This document shows positions 13,241-28,767 of a DNA stretch of 64,000 nucleotides, one piece after another; position 1 is the stretch's first letter, and each line of letters begins with the position of its first letter. The translations under genes were made by a program, and so were the position numbers. The DNA comes from the human T2T-CHM13v2.0 reference genome, Homo sapiens. The DNA is taken from the NCBI RefSeq assembly GCF_009914755.1, contig NC_060929.1, one strand, 5' to 3'. Below the pieces are notes generated by a model. That model did not search any database. It had not been told where the DNA came from and saw only the letters and a list, made by a program, of their open reading frames with translations.

Positions 13241-15586
13241 ATAGGTAAGGAAATCAGACAATGGGAGAAAAGGAATAAGTTGTGTGTGGCCAAGTGTATG
13301 GTTACTGAACAAATGAATACTGTGTGGTCTTCTGCAATTCCTAGAGTCCCCTGACTTTGGTTCCAAGCTCCTCTGCTGGCACAGTAAAGACAGGAATATA
13401 ATCAATTATTGTGATTCATATTGAAGGCTAGGAATAGATTGGTTGTGCGGGCACATGCTTGCTAGTTCTTGAGACTGAGAACAATTTATCCTGTGGATCC
13501 TTGCGAAGGAAACACTCTGGGTAGAAAGTTTAGAATTAAGGCTCGGGTTGAGGTAGCTCTTTGGCATTTTTCTGAATAAGTGAAACAAATTACAGACTCA
13601 GTTGTAGGGTTTTTTGTTTTTGTTTTTGTTTTTTTGTATTGGTGTATGGGCAATACTGGTCGTGAATAGTTTTAGGAAAGTCATGGATGAACACTACTTC
13701 AGCATGAGTCTGAAAGTTGTGTGGGTGTGTGTGTGATGTCTGTAAGAGCCAAAAGTGCTGCTGTGTGAACCCTGCTGTCTAGTCTTAAAAATTTGAGTTG
13801 ACAAAGAAAAAGGAGACATTGATCCATCTTTAATTTGAAAGATGTTTGCGTGTATCACATAATGTTAACACTTAAAACAGTTGGCAAACTTGAATATGAA
13901 TCCCGTGCCAAGAACTTACACATTTTCTGCTTTTCACTTAAGAATACAACCCCACACCACCTCATTGTATAATATCAGTTTTGCCAATTAGGTCCCTATT
14001 GATGCCATACGTCTCCCTCACTGCCATCCAGCTATTCATTTCAGGGCATGTTTTTTGAAAAGTGCTAGTGACCTTTGTCCATTTTTATTGTCATTGCAAT
14101 GATAATGCCAGCCTTGCAAAATTTTCTGGCAGGAGAACGTCAAACAATGTGAGGAGAAAGAAGCGAAATAGGAAATATCCTTTAAAATGAGTGAGGCAAT
14201 GAACTTAGGGAAAAAATAATTCAATTTAATTTCCCTCCAACTCATTCCTCACGTCTGTTCCAGACTCATCCAACATTCACTAATACCCTCTCTTCTCATT
14301 ACCAGTCAGTTTCTATCTTCTTCAACCCCAGGGGCTTCTACAAAACACAAATATCAGCCAGACTCAGATATCCAGATTCCACCCAGTGATGGGTTCTCAA
14401 CAAAAACCAAACCAACAGCAGGCAAGAAAGGCAAGCCAAAGGGTCGCTCACTGTATTCAGACCCCACTACTCCCTCAGTGTTCACTTAGACCATGGCCGT
14501 GCAACTTAGCCACCTGTGTTGCTGCACAGCCCACAGCACTAGTGTCTGTTTCTGTGTTCTTAGTTTGAAAATTGCCTGCCTGTGGGCTGAAAGTGCTCCC
14601 GATTTTAGCATTTGTTTTGAGCCACATCTGCCCACTCGTCCTGCAGGCAAAGCTGTTTGCAAGGAGCCTGATCAAAAGTGAATATGCCAGAAGGAATTCT
14701 CCCCTCAGCCCCCAGTGCTGGCATGGTTTCTTCTCTCTGTAGGTGCCTGTTAGCTTACAGGATTCTTCTTTGCTTTCCTGTTCTTTCAGAACAGTCAGGG
14801 TCCGTCCAGCTTTTCTCATTGGGAAATTTCCTGGGTTCAATGTAATTGCTGTCTAATGATTTTCTCATTTTCCTGAGATGACTGAATGGTTGAATCAGAC
14901 CAAGGACATGTATTTGATATTCTGCTCGTTCTTACAGAGCAGATGCCTTCCATTACTGAATTTTGGGGCAGTTATTTAGAAAATAATAAAACCGACAGCT
15001 AAGCACTGATTTTTTTTGTCTGCATCTTGCATCGTTGCCAGCTTTACTGTAATTATGTCATTCAGAGAAAGATTCTAACCATTTCCTTTTCCTGGCCCCT
15101 TTGTGTTTCAAAAAAGCAAAATTGTGGCCATATTTCTAAGCGGATAAGTCACATGCAAGTATAAAAATGGCCTTAGATGAAGTCATTAGAGATTTTTGAA
15201 AGTTTGTTGAGTGAAATCTTGAATGGAATGGCAAAGCAAAGTAGTTCTGCTGACAGGATTAATGTACAATTAGTGGAGGTGACACTAAGCTGTTATCAAT
15301 GGGAATTAATGAAAAGCCCAAGAAGAATGGAAGAATCGTTGGAAATGTATTACATTTTTGTGGTATTTTTCTCTGAAAGAACATACACAAAGTTGTAGTC
15401 TTACCTGCTTAATAAATCAGTGGGAGGGGCATAGAAACATCATTAGTAATGGCCTAAGGGTGACCCTAAAATGATGTGTGTGTTATTCTTGGGATGTTAG
15501 CTGCAGCAAAGAAGCTCAAATGACCTTAAACCCTCCCAATGGTTCATTTAAAAGATTTTCACGTGTTTCCTGCTGATCTGTAGCTC

Positions 15587-15792
15587 TAGCTCAGAGATAC
15601 CCAGTAGAATTTTCTGGGAGGATAGAAATACTGTATATCTGGGCTGTTCAATACCATAGCCACTAGCCACATGTGGCTGCTGAGCACTCAATGTAGTGCA
15701 AGTGGGAAGCCAAAATAATAATTTAACTTTAGTTAATATAAATTTACATAGCCACGTTTGGGTAGTGCTGTCATTTTGGACAACATAGCTTT
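15587..15792. mobile_element. MER3-like hAT MITE
   Basis: gctgttcaataccatagccactagccacatgtggctgctgagcact core. Confidence 0.7.
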
Positions 15793-16264
15793 AGATCTCT
15801 GGGAGACCCAGAGATCCCTGGTGAGGGCCACATTATAGAGATTCAAACTTTGGTTGGTTTAGGGGGCAACACAGGCAAAGTACTGGTGAAGTTCCGATTT
15901 GTAATCCCAATCTGATTTTTGACCTGACAAAGTTATCTTTCCCCACTCAGAGAAAGCAAAAACATTTGGAAGGGCAGGGGATCCACCACATACCCCCGTT
16001 TACTTTAACATCTGCTGCTGCATTTGACAGAAGGGGCTGGCCAGGGTCAGCTAGGGTCAGCCAGGCCCAACAGGGTCATCAAGACAGGGTTAGAGAAGAT
16101 CCTTTTTTAGATTTAGTGTCATTAGTACTTGACTTGATTTCATATTAAAGCCGTTTAATGAAATGCTTATTATCTGTAATGAACTTTTGTTTCCATGCAT
16201 GATACTGACAAGAAGCTCTTGAATTCATGGCCTGGTTGTTAAAATTCATGATGTTTTCAAGCAG

Positions 16265-16390
16265 CAGTCCTAGAGTCTGCACCAGCGGACCGAGCAGGAG
16301 TGGAAAGCTCCCCTGCAGCGGACACCACAGAACTTTCACCTTGCAGATCCCCCTCAACTCCTCGGCACCTCCGCTATCGACAGCCTGGAG
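16265..16390 (+). CDS. RASGRF2: RASGRF2 internal coding exon (126 nt; probably exon 16), (A)[41 protein letters not shown]
   Basis: Acceptor ttttcaagcag (tandem AGs), donor GAG|gtaaga; in frame with both neighbours; matches the recalled protein. Not in the ORF track. Confidence 0.94.
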
Positions 16391-16527
16391 GTAAGAGCTC
16401 AAGAGGGACTCAGAAATAGAAACGTGAAAAATGATTTCTAGCTTCTGAACCTTTCCTTTGCCTAATTGTTTCACTGCCAAAATAATTTTTTTAGTCTCAC
16501 TTATTGAAAATTAATTGGAAGCAAATA

Positions 16528-16881
16528 CAGTCGGCCCTTTGTATCTGTGGGTTCCACATCCATGGGTTTCATATCTGTGGATTCAACCAATCACCCATCA
16601 AAAATATTTGGCAGAAGAATAAAGCTTCTGTACTGACCATGTACATACTTTTTTTCTTGTCATTATTCCCTAAACATTATAGTATGACAGCTATTTACAT
16701 AGCATTTCCATTGTGTTAGTTATTATAAATAATCTACAGGTGATTTAAAATATACAGGAAAATATGCATAGATTATATTCAAATACTACACGATTTTATA
16801 TCAGGGACTTAAGCATCTGTGGATTTTGGTACCTGAGGGAGATCCTAAAACCAATACCCTACAGGAAACAAGGGATGACTG
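16528..16881 (-). mobile_element. MER2 (TcMar-Tigger) MITE
   Basis: Termini cagtcggccct...agggatgactg flanked by TA dinucleotides. Confidence 0.88.
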
Positions 16882-17504
16882 TAATGTTACTGTAGGACCA
16901 AGTGGTGGAAAAATAAATGATTAGAGAAGATGTCATTAGTCTAACCAACATTTGTTTAGTTCCATCATTGCATTGCATTTTGTGAGGAGTAACGTGAATC
17001 AAAAGGCTCTTCTTTAGATGTTAGCTAGCTGAAGAATCTCAGTGCTGGGTTTACCAAAATGTTCCCAGTCTCTGATATATTACCATGAGTCCCAATGTAG
17101 TCTGTATAAGTGGACTCCTCTGGGCATCACAATCTGGGGAGACCCTATTAATAATATTATTTCATCTAAAATAAGGTCCAGGTACATGGGACCCCAGTCA
17201 TCATTATTGCTAGTGGCAGAAACTGGCATATGTATTTTGATATATAGTTAAGAAAATTGTAAAGCATTACTCCATAATTTGTTTGGGAACATAATAAATG
17301 TCCTCTAATTGGAGAAAAAAACTAATCAGAACAAAAGGTAGAAATATTTTAATTATCTCCCATTTTCCCCACTGCTCAAATAAATATATCCAAATAACAG
17401 TTGTTTTGAAATGTTTGCTTTTCTCTTCTTAAGCCAATTATTTCAAGTCAGAACAGAAAATTACACAATTATGAAACCGGATTCACCCCAAGTAACCCAA
17501 ATGA

Positions 17505-17808
<304 letters not shown>

Positions 17809-18974
17809 TATAAAGGCATTTTTGACTCTCATAGGCATGCTTCAAGTAGGGCATTTTAGCAAAAGGTAAAGTATATGGCTCCAAATGGTTATCGGTGGCC
17901 TTAGCAGCTTGGTAGAAGCTGTTGTCATTGCCATGAGCTCTGAGAGCAACTAGGAAGGTCTCAGTCTGGCTGTTGTTAGATGTCTGCCTTTGTGGATATT
18001 AGCCCTTGGGGCTTTAAGGCTCCAAGTCAGTTATGGGTTATCCTGCCATTTGGGTGTTTCTGGTAAATGAAGGTGACAAATTAGACTTTCCTGGCTTGTC
18101 ATAGTACTACTATGGAATTAGCCAGATCTCTCTATTCTTCTTAGAGCTTTGGTCAGTCCAGGTCTTGGCAACTTCCTTGACCATTGCCACATAGGACAGA
18201 TCCCTTTGACTTCATTGTAACCTGGAAGAGTTTGGGACCAAAATCTATGGAAGTAAGGCTCTACCAAGGCAAGAGTTAAATGCTGTTCAAGGCGTTACAA
18301 TTATTAGAACTCTACTTTATATTCTCTTTTCATATGTTTATATTCACATATAAAATTTTTAATTCACATAAGGATTATTTGGAAATCCTCATCTTGTTTG
18401 TGGATTAACTAAGCCAAATCCTTTGTTTCTTCCCTGATATAACTAAATCATAGAGACATAGAAACATGGGAAGGAGGCTGAAACCTGTGATAATATGGAG
18501 GACCTGAACAAGGACAGCATCACATATTTCTATCTAGCTGAAATTTTGCCTGTGCATCTGTCTACTTGCCACCTTGTTCCAAAATGCAATAAGTCTGTTG
18601 TGGAAAGAGAAGGTAGAGCTGTTTTATGCGTTTGTGCTTGGGCACATTAAGCAGCTCTTTGCTTCCCCTCTTAACGTGTGTATTTATTTTAGGCATGATT
18701 GTGAAACATTAGGGCCAAGCTAATAAAAGCCCTTCAGGTCAGAATCACAGTGGACTGTTTTCACTAAAAGCCTGAGCGAGGAGAAGCAGCGAGCTTGGCA
18801 CCAGCACTGCCAAACGCTGTGTGTACAGTCCGAGGAGTGAAAGGGACTGCAAGGTTGCTCAATACATCCTTTCGATTTTAAAAGGGCCACACTTAAACCA
18901 TCTGTACTGTTAAGGGTGTTCTGAGAAGGAAATTCTGTCAGAGGGAAATTCTATCAGTAACATGATATGGTATC

Positions 18975-19545
18975 TTTTTTAAGAATATTTTTATATTAAG
19001 ATACAGTTTACATACCATAAAATTCACCTTTTTAAAGTATATAGTTCAGTCTTTTTTTAATTTAATATATTCACAAGTTCAGGCAGCCATAACCACTATT
19101 TAATTCTAGAACATTTTCATCACCCAGAAAGAAACCCTATAAATATCAGCCATTCTATACTCATTAGCGGTCACTCTCCATTCCCCCTCCAACCCCAGCA
19201 GCCCTAGGCAACCACTAGTCTACTTTCTCCCTCTATGGGTTCACCTCTGCTGGACATTTAACACAAAGGGAATCATATAATATGTGACCTTTTGTGATTG
19301 GCTCCTTCTTTAACTTGGCATGTTTTCCAAGTTTATCCATGTTCTAGCATGCTTTGGAACTTCATTCCTTTTTGTGGCTAAATAATATTCCCTTGTATTT
19401 TTCTGTTTATCAATTGGTGGACATTTGATTGTTTCTACTTTTTGGCTACTATGAGCAATGGTGCTATGAATATTCATGTACACGTTTGTGTGTAGATGTA
19501 TGCTTTCTTTTCTCTTGGTTATAGACCCAGAGTGGAATTCCTGAT
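18975..19545 (-). mobile_element. L1MB-type 3' fragment
   Basis: cacataccataaaattcacc...agaacattttcatcaccc...ctaggcaaccactagtctactttct motifs. Confidence 0.75.
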
Positions 19546-19695
19546 GTGCAATCTTGTTGTTTGCCCATTAACAGAGATAATACAGGGCATTTGGCCCAGT
19601 CCTTCATCTGGTGCAGGAAGAAAAATGATGATTTTTGTTACAGAATATTATCCATTTGCCTCACCATTCCATTTCCTTTCTTTTCAAATAACCAG

Positions 19696-19785
19696 GACAG
19701 ACGGCGGACAATGCCCACTGCTCTGTTTCACCGGCTTCTGCTTTTGCAATAGCCACAGCTGCAGCAGGACATGGGAGTCCACCAG
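19696..19785 (+). CDS. RASGRF2: RASGRF2 internal coding exon (90 nt; probably exon 17), (G)[29 protein letters not shown](G)
   Basis: Acceptor tttcctttcttttcaaataaccag, donor CAG|gtgagt. The SAFAIATA motif is conserved in RasGRF proteins. Confidence 0.95.
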
Positions 19786-19871
19786 GTGAGTAGGGGAGCA
19801 GCTATGTACAGATATGTGACCATTTATATTAAGTCAGTGGCCCGTGTCTGCCAGTGTCTTGATGAGACACT

Positions 19872-20174
19872 CGGCAGCTCTCACACTGGAATCCCAGCAT
19901 TTTGGGAAGCCAAAGCAGAAGGATTGCTTGAGACCAGTAGTTTGAGACTAGCCAGGGCAACATAGAGACCCCATCTCTATAAAAAATTTTTAAAATTAGC
20001 TGGGCATGGTGTTGCATGCCTGTAGTCCCAGTTACTCAAGACGCTGAGGCAGAAAAATCACTTGAGGCCAGGAGGCTGAGGCTACAGTGAGCTGTGATCA
20101 TGCCACTGCACTCCAGCCAGGGTGTTAAAGTGAGACCCTATCTCGACAAAACAAAACAAAATAAAATAATAATA
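19872..20174 (+). mobile_element. Alu (AluJ-type), diverged
   Basis: Dimeric Alu with degraded head and (AAAAC)n tail. Confidence 0.88.
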
Positions 20175-20263
20175 AGAGAATGCACATTCCTAGCTCTTTC
20201 TGAGTCAGTGCTTCTGGGAAGAGACTGTCTTTTAAATGAGCATCTTCAGAAATCTCCTTATTT

Positions 20264-20587
<324 letters not shown>

Positions 20588-21045
20588 AAATCCCACCATT
20601 TGCAACAGTATGGATGAACCTGAAGGACATTATGTTACCTGAAATAAGCCAGGCACAGAACGGCAGATACTGCATGATCTCACTTATATATGGAATCTAA
20701 AAAGTCAAATGCATAGAAGTAGAAAGTAGACTGGTGGTTACCAGGGGCTGGTGGGGAGGAAGGGAAGTGGGGAGCTGTTTGGTAAAAGGATAAAAGGTTC
20801 AGTTGCACAGGAAGAATAAGTTCTGGAGATCAATTGTACACCATGGTGACTAGTTAAAAATGTACCGCATACTTGAAAATGGTTAAGAGAGTAGATTTTA
20901 GATGCTCTCCCCACAAAAAAATGGTAAGTGAGGTAACAGATGTTAGTTAGCTTGACTTAATCATTCTTCAGTATATACGTACATCAAAACATCACATTGT
21001 ACCCTGTAGGCATATACAATAAAAAATAATCAAATAAATAAATAA
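20588..21045 (+). mobile_element. L1MA-type 3' end
   Basis: atttgcaacagtatggatgaacctgaaggacattatg...aaaacatcacattgtaccc followed by an A-rich tail. Confidence 0.8.
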
Positions 21046-21476
21046 GCAAAAGCTCCTTCAGGTGAGTCTCACTCAGGCGATCTGTGGGTTACAGCTCTGA
21101 GAAACTCTTTATCAGAGAAGGTTGTTATTCCTCCTGTGTTGTTTGACAGAGTTCTTCACCCTTTATAACTCAATTACTGAGAACACGTTTCCATTTTAAT
21201 TGAGTACAATGCTAAAAGCATATGCAAGGTGGGAGGGAGGGCTTGTGGAGTGCGGGGAGCCGAGCGGGGCAGCTATTGCTTTAGCTGACTCATAATTCAT
21301 TTCCAGTAGCTCCACGATTCTTTCTGAGTTGCTGTCAGTTAATTTTCAGGGTAAAGAAAAAGTACTTAAAATAAAAGCACAGTATTTTAATAGATAAAAA
21401 TTATATTCATTATCTCTTTCCTCTTCTCTCACGTGCAAGGAGGATATTATGTTAAAATAAATCTGTAAGTGGTTTA

Positions 21477-21774
<298 letters not shown>

Positions 21775-23942
21775 AATAAATCTGTAAGTGGTTTAAATAG
21801 CCTTGTTGCTGTGTCTTCACCTAAACTAAACCTATGGGCTCCAATCGTCATGATTTGTAGAAACATGAGAGATGGCATATTTTGCTAATTAGCCATTTTT
21901 CACCTTTGTGGTAACAAAGGAATCCTTTCCAAAGCTTCTGAACCAATATTCACAATAGTAACTAGTAGGTATTATCTGTGTGATTTTTTTTTTCCAAATT
22001 GAGGACCAAAAAGAGATGTTCTCTAATGGACATTAACTACCATAGTACTTTATATATTATTTATCATTATATATATTTCTCTAAATAAACATTTTGCAAA
22101 TTGACCACATTCTGTTTCTTTAGCATTTTGCCATATGTGCTTCACTGGAGATGTGGTCAGGCAAATTGGGATGTGCTTTGCCCCAAATATTCTTAAAACC
22201 TTTCCCCAAAAGTCCCATCAGAATAACAAAAAGCAGTCTATAATGGTCAAAATATCAATCTTGTCGATACAGTTGGCTTCTATGATTGATTACCTTCTGT
22301 AACAGTCAACATTTTGGGGGGAAATAAGGGAGGCTTTTCTAGGCTTTCAGCAGAGTTATTGTCGATTGTGATTTGCTAAGACCTTCTCCTGTCTTCCGTT
22401 CTCACTCGCTAGTCTGCCTTTGGAAAAAGTGAAGGACAAGAACATCTCACAGATTTCCTAATTTAAATATGGTTTGTGAGGGAAAATAAATTTGGGGTTT
22501 ATTTGAGATGAGCCCATTCCCCATTTGCTGGAGGGTAGGGAGAGGTCCTTTTTTCACCTGAGATTGCAATGAAGATTGAATCGTTTGAATGTGCTTTAGA
22601 GAATGGCTTTCTGACTAGCTTTCCCAGGCATATTGGGCCAGAAGGAAAAAGTAACCAAAACGGCCAGCTCTTTCTCCCTTTTTGAAAGCCTGCTGCTTTT
22701 CTGTTGCCTTTTTTCCTACTTCTCCCCTGCAGCTGAAATAGTCTTAGGAAGAAAACCCTTCTTCAGCGAGCTGGCTCCTGGTGGTGCTTTCTGAGGAGGG
22801 CAGAACGGACTTGCTAACAGACTCAGTCAATGTTGCTAGGTGTTGGGGAGCCTGAACCCTGTGTGAGCAGACTGCTCTTTTATGACAGTGCTGTTGATGT
22901 TGCCTATCATGCAGTCTGAAGCCACATGATTTGATTTCAGAAGTAGAGGCAATAAGGGATTTGATTCAACAGTGCCCATGGCTCTGCTGTGAAGGCAGCA
23001 AGTTGCACAGGGGTCAGTTTCAATGGCTAGTGGCGGTAAGAAAGGGGGTCTCTTTTGGAGTGGAGACCAGTGCATTCCTGGGGCTCAGCCACTCAGAGGA
23101 ACTGGTCCCTTAGCAGATTTCACCTGCCTGGGAGAACTAGGCAGAGAGCAGAAGGTGTACTCAGAGCAGAAACAGGGAAGGGCTAAGAAGATAATCTGGA
23201 TTTATTGGCTAGCCAGGGAGAGCATGGTGTTGCCCGAGGAGGGCTAGACCTAGATACCTGGACAGGTGTTCAAAGGAAGAGAGTGCTGGATAAGAGTCAA
23301 CTCCCAAACAGACTTTGTATCTCCTCTGGGAATCAGGAATTGCCAGCCCGGATGCATCCAGGTGAGTTGCAAAGGCAAGCAGAAGAAAGATTGCATAGAC
23401 AAATAAACACCCCATGCTTTCATCAGTGTCTGCAGGCTTCCTGTCTGCTTATTCAGCTGTGATACAGATAGACTTGGGGATGCAGCTCTGCTGTGTCCTT
23501 GCTCCTAACAGGAAACAAGGTATAGCCCAGCCAAGCCAGAGGTCTGCGGAGTGGGTTTCCATGTTTCAGGTGCCTCTGCAGATTCCCTCTTGCTTTAATA
23601 CTCTCCCAGCCCTTCCCTTGACCCCATCTCCATCAAAATATATAGGAATCTGGCACCTCTGGGTTATAACTGTCAATTAATTATTATGCTCTCAAACATT
23701 AACTCTAGGCATTTGTATATTAAACCATGTCTCTTTAAGTATTGCTTAGAAAACTTCCTTAATGCATTAAAAGGAATTTCAAATGCAATACAAGGGAGGA
23801 CAGCAATTTTTTTTGCAAGGAGGTCAAGACAAGATGTTCCTGCCTGACCCCGGGGGCAAGGAAAACTGATTTTATTTGTGGGTGGTGCCCTGTGATCTGT
23901 TTGGGATTGCCTGCCCTGCTGCTGGGGTCTCAGCCTGCCTAA

Positions 23943-24275
<333 letters not shown>

Positions 24276-24629
24276 TCAATCTCTTTTTCTTCCTTTAAAA
24301 GAAAAGAAAAAAAAAAAAAAGATCTAGAGCCTTCCCTTCCCAAAATTGGATGAGTCTTTTCCTTCCATGTCATGCTCCCTTTGTTTACCTGAGTCACTGC
24401 TATCCAGAGAATCCATATCCTGCCCCTCAAAACTCGAGATTCGGATTTTATGCTTTCTGTGAATGTGGTAACCTTTCAGGGAATTTTTAATGGATTTTTA
24501 TGTAGACCCATAGGTGATACCCAGGATTGTAGTGTTGTGCTTTCACTATTACTTCTCTGTCTGTTTATAGTGTTTCTCTGACAAAGAAACACATCGCAGG
24601 AATGCAGCTTTTAGCAGAAGCATTATTGT

Positions 24630-24898
24630 CTCACGTTCCCTGTTAATTTCAACTCCCTACCAACACTTTCTATCCTTGCTTTGTTTTTTTCCTCAACACT
24701 TATCACTATTTGACACACTATTTTTTTTACTAATTTATCTTGCTTTATTATCCATTTCTCCAATAAATGTAAGATCGACGAGGGCAGAGATTTTTATCTA
24801 TTTTATATACTGCAGTATCCCCAATATCTAGAATAGTATTGTATATGTAGTAAATGATCCATAAATGCTTACCGAATTAATGAATCAATGATTGAATC
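24630..24898 (+). mobile_element. L2 3' end fragment
   Basis: aatgtaagatcgacgagggcagagattttt...ctagaatagt...gaattaatgaatcaatga. Confidence 0.65.
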
Positions 24899-25409
24899 TT
24901 CATACTTGCAATAGGGAATATTCAGTGCAGAAAAGAAAAAACTGTACTGTCCATATATTTTTATAGTGCTGTGGTGTTTTTAAATTGTTTGTTGTTGTTG
25001 TTATTTCAAGGTAAAAGAGTTTTGTCTTATTTCTCCGACTGATCTGGGGAGGTGATACCAGTCTCTTCAAGTCAGCAAGCAGGTTTTGAGTGTCTTTTGT
25101 GTTTAGTATCACTTTTTTGGATACCCACAACCCTGAGCTGAGCACCTGGTAGACTTGTAAATAAGCCTCATTGTCTTGTTATTCATTTGATGTAAGACTT
25201 TTCCTCACACTCATGATTGGAAAGTCCTTGAGATATGCCTAGACCTGAGGCCTAGGGTCACTGTAAATGTTTGCTGCCAATCAGAATGCAAGCACTAACT
25301 AAACTGTTAAAGCTTCATACTGTGTGATATTAACAAGAATGGGTTTTGTGTTGCACCCATACCCACAGAACCAGGCTTTTGGTACCATCATTGATCTACA
25401 AATTAGGCC

Positions 25410-25600
25410 CAGTTACAGATGGATCCTGAATTTGTAGGCCTGATGTTTATACAATTTGGGGAAACACACCTCAAGGAAAATAATATAAAATTATAAATAT
25501 AAACTTTTAGGGCACCTCCCGGGGCTTTGGAAGAGGCCCATACAAATTGAGAAGGCCTAAAGCTTAAGCTTTCTTGACTTCCTGATAAATCTGCTTTTGA
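25410..25600. mobile_element. hAT-Tip100-type MITE (family uncertain)
   Basis: Termini cagatggatcc.../...taaatctgctttt and internal aagcttaagctt resemble Tip100-class MITEs. Confidence 0.4.
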
Positions 25601-26693
25601 GTCCAATCCAGAAAATTCTTGGAATCGCAACAGCTACAGGAAATTTTGTATGCTGGGGAGTGAGGGTGGGGGCATCAGTGATTGTCAATGAGTCATTAGC
25701 CATCTTTCTTCTAAGTTAGCCCAGAGTCAGGTGGTATAATGAAAAAAAGCAGAAGATGGCATCAATTAAATATGAACAGTTGACCAGGTGTTAATATGCA
25801 CACTCTTCTGGTGACTAGTTGGATAAGTTGGTAGTGGTGAGTAGAGCAGCATGATGTATGTATTGCCACCCCGATTTCCTTTTCCAATGTCAAACAGTCC
25901 TCCTTTTCATAGGGCTTTAACTCTATACAGGATAGGACTGAAACAAAGGATGGTTGATGGTGTTCTTGTGTGCCACCACACTGATTGAAATGTATTTGCA
26001 GGCACCTGCTCAAATTGAAGAGCTCTGCATAAAGTAGAAATATAAATGTGTGCATTTCAAATGGCTGCTGATACAGGGAATCTGCAGGTGCAGTTTGGAT
26101 ATAGTTATGATATGAATAGAAATGCAAATTCAATGAATAAATATATCAGAGCACATCATTGCACTTACTATACACCTGAAGTTGTAGGATTAATTATAGA
26201 GTTTGTGAAATGATATAAAATGCAGTATGAAAGTGTGAGGTGGGTTATTTTTATGAGAGTAGAAATCATGGCAGTGGAGGTACTATAAGCAACTCCTGGT
26301 TATCTGTGAGCAGATTATATGTTTTACTGTTCTATGCAACTCAAAGTAAATTAACAAAGTAGAGGAATAGTTGAATGCACTTATAGGAAAATTAATGACA
26401 CTGTTACAATTGCTTAGATAAATAGTGAATCTTTTACTGGTAGTTACCTGGTACTTGTAAAGTAGATAATTCATAATCTGTTTTATCTTCTGTAAAACCA
26501 GTCATGGCATGTGTGGTAAATAGTAGATCTGAGGTTAATGTGAGTTGGGCTTGGATCGGTTTTTTAAAATACTGATGATATCTGGTCCTATACCTAAAGA
26601 TTCTGAGTTGATTGATCTGGGGGTACATCGTGGGATTCAGGAATTTTTTAAGTTCCCCAGGTGATACTAATGTGAAGCCAAGTAGGAAATGCT

Positions 26694-26694
<1 letters not shown>

Positions 26695-26741
<47 letters not shown>
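26695..26741 (+). repeat. (TG)n microsatellite
   Basis: About 23 TG units with one CG interruption. Confidence 0.97.
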
Positions 26742-26744
<3 letters not shown>

Positions 26745-27084
26745 ATTTTACTGAGGTAATGTCAGTTAAGGGTAAAAATTTGGATTTTCCAAATTTCATG
26801 TTAGATTTGGATGTAGATGGATTTCATGATTATTTGATTAATTCAGTAGAAGAATGTGGTTAAAACAGTTGTGTAATCTTAACCCACACCCTCAGGCAAT
26901 TTAGGAAGTATGTCTGGATTTCATTCTACAGTCTAGTATTAATTTACATATTCAGTGTTTTAGGTGTAGATATGGTAGGTGGGCTGGATGTGAGGAGTGC
27001 TAGACTGAGTCCTGTGTGCGTCACCTTGGACGGTTTCTCTCTGGGCCTGTTGTTTCATGGTGGAAGCCTGAGAGCTCAGCTGGT

Positions 27085-27275
27085 GCACTGGCTCTCCAGG
27101 TGTGATCTCTGGGCCTGTAGCATCAGCATAACCTGGGAACTTACTGGAAAAATAAATTCTCGGGCCACACATCATTCCTACTGAATCAGCATTTCTGAGG
27201 ATGGGGCACAGCATCTGTCTTTTACAGGCTCTTTAGTTGATTCTGATACATACTAAAGTTTGAGAAGCAGTGAAC
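27085..27275. mobile_element. MER5A
   Basis: agcatcagcataacctgggaactt...ctactgaatcagc...taaagtttgagaagcagtg. Confidence 0.75.
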
Positions 27276-27644
27276 TAGTATAATGTCTGAGCTGCCTTCC
27301 CTGTTTAAAAATCTGACTCCATATTACTTGTAGTAGACTATACAGTAGATGAAAAACCTAAATTTGAATCTCTTCCTAAGCACTAAGTACAACTCAACCT
27401 TTATCTTTTGGTAGTTTTTGCACAGTATGCATAATTGATGTTGTTCCAAGTTGTACATTTAAATTCTCACTTTTCTTCATCATTTAAAATATGGAAGGTT
27501 GCCTAGAGTTCTGCATCATGTTAGAAAATCTTTTTATCTCAAAGTAATAAAAACTGTTGTAGTAATTATTCTCTAGTTACATTTTTATAATGGCTTTATT
27601 GAGCTATAATTCACGTACCATACAATTAACCTGTTTAAAGCCTA

Positions 27645-27971
<327 letters not shown>

Positions 27972-28653
27972 TTAATATATTCCCAGAGTTGGGCAACAGT
28001 CACAATACATTTTAGAACATTTCCCCAAGCCCTTTAGCTGTTAGCAGTCACTCCCTATTTGTCTCTTCCTCTAGCCCTTTGCAACTGCTAATCTCTTTTC
28101 TGTCTCTATAAACTTATTTGTTCTCGATATTTAATATAAATGGAATTACTCATACAATATGTGCCCTTTTGTGACTGGCTTCTTTTACTAGCGTAATGTT
28201 TTTGAGGTTCAACCATTTTTGTAGAATGCATCAGTCACTTGATCCTTTTTACTGTGGAATAGTATTCTATTGTATGGATATACCACATTTTATTTATCCA
28301 TTCATGAGCTAATGGACATTGAGGTTATTTCTGCTTTTTGGCTGCTGTGAATGATGCTGCTATCAATGTTCATATACAAATTTTTGTGTGTTTGTTTGTT
28401 TGCATTTATGTGAGTACATACCTAGGAGTAGATTTGCTAGGTTGTGTGATAAGATTATGTTTAACTGCTTAATAAACTGTCAAACTGTTTTTGAAAGTGG
28501 CTGTACCATTTTGCATTTCCATCAGCAGTGTAATTGAGTTCCATTTGCTCCATACAACAGAGTAGTCCCAATTCTTCCCTTGTAATATTATTGTGAGTTA
28601 TTTTACTTATCCATATCCTATAATCATCCAATACATTGTTATTATTATTAATA

Positions 28654-28767
28654 TTTTGAGATGGAGTCTCACTCTGTCGCCCAGGCTGGAGTGCAGTGGC
28701 GCAATCTCGGCTCACTGCAACCTCCACCTCCTGGGTTCAGGCAATTCTGCCTGCCTCAGCCTCCCGA
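28654..28767 (-). mobile_element. Alu right-arm fragment
   Basis: gagatggagtctcactctgtcgcccaggctggagtgc...cctcagcctcccga. Confidence 0.9.

Noticed and set aside
19696-19700. Alternative acceptor 5 nt into the 90-nt exon (cag|gacag)
   Set aside because: Would frameshift; the first AG gives the expected protein.
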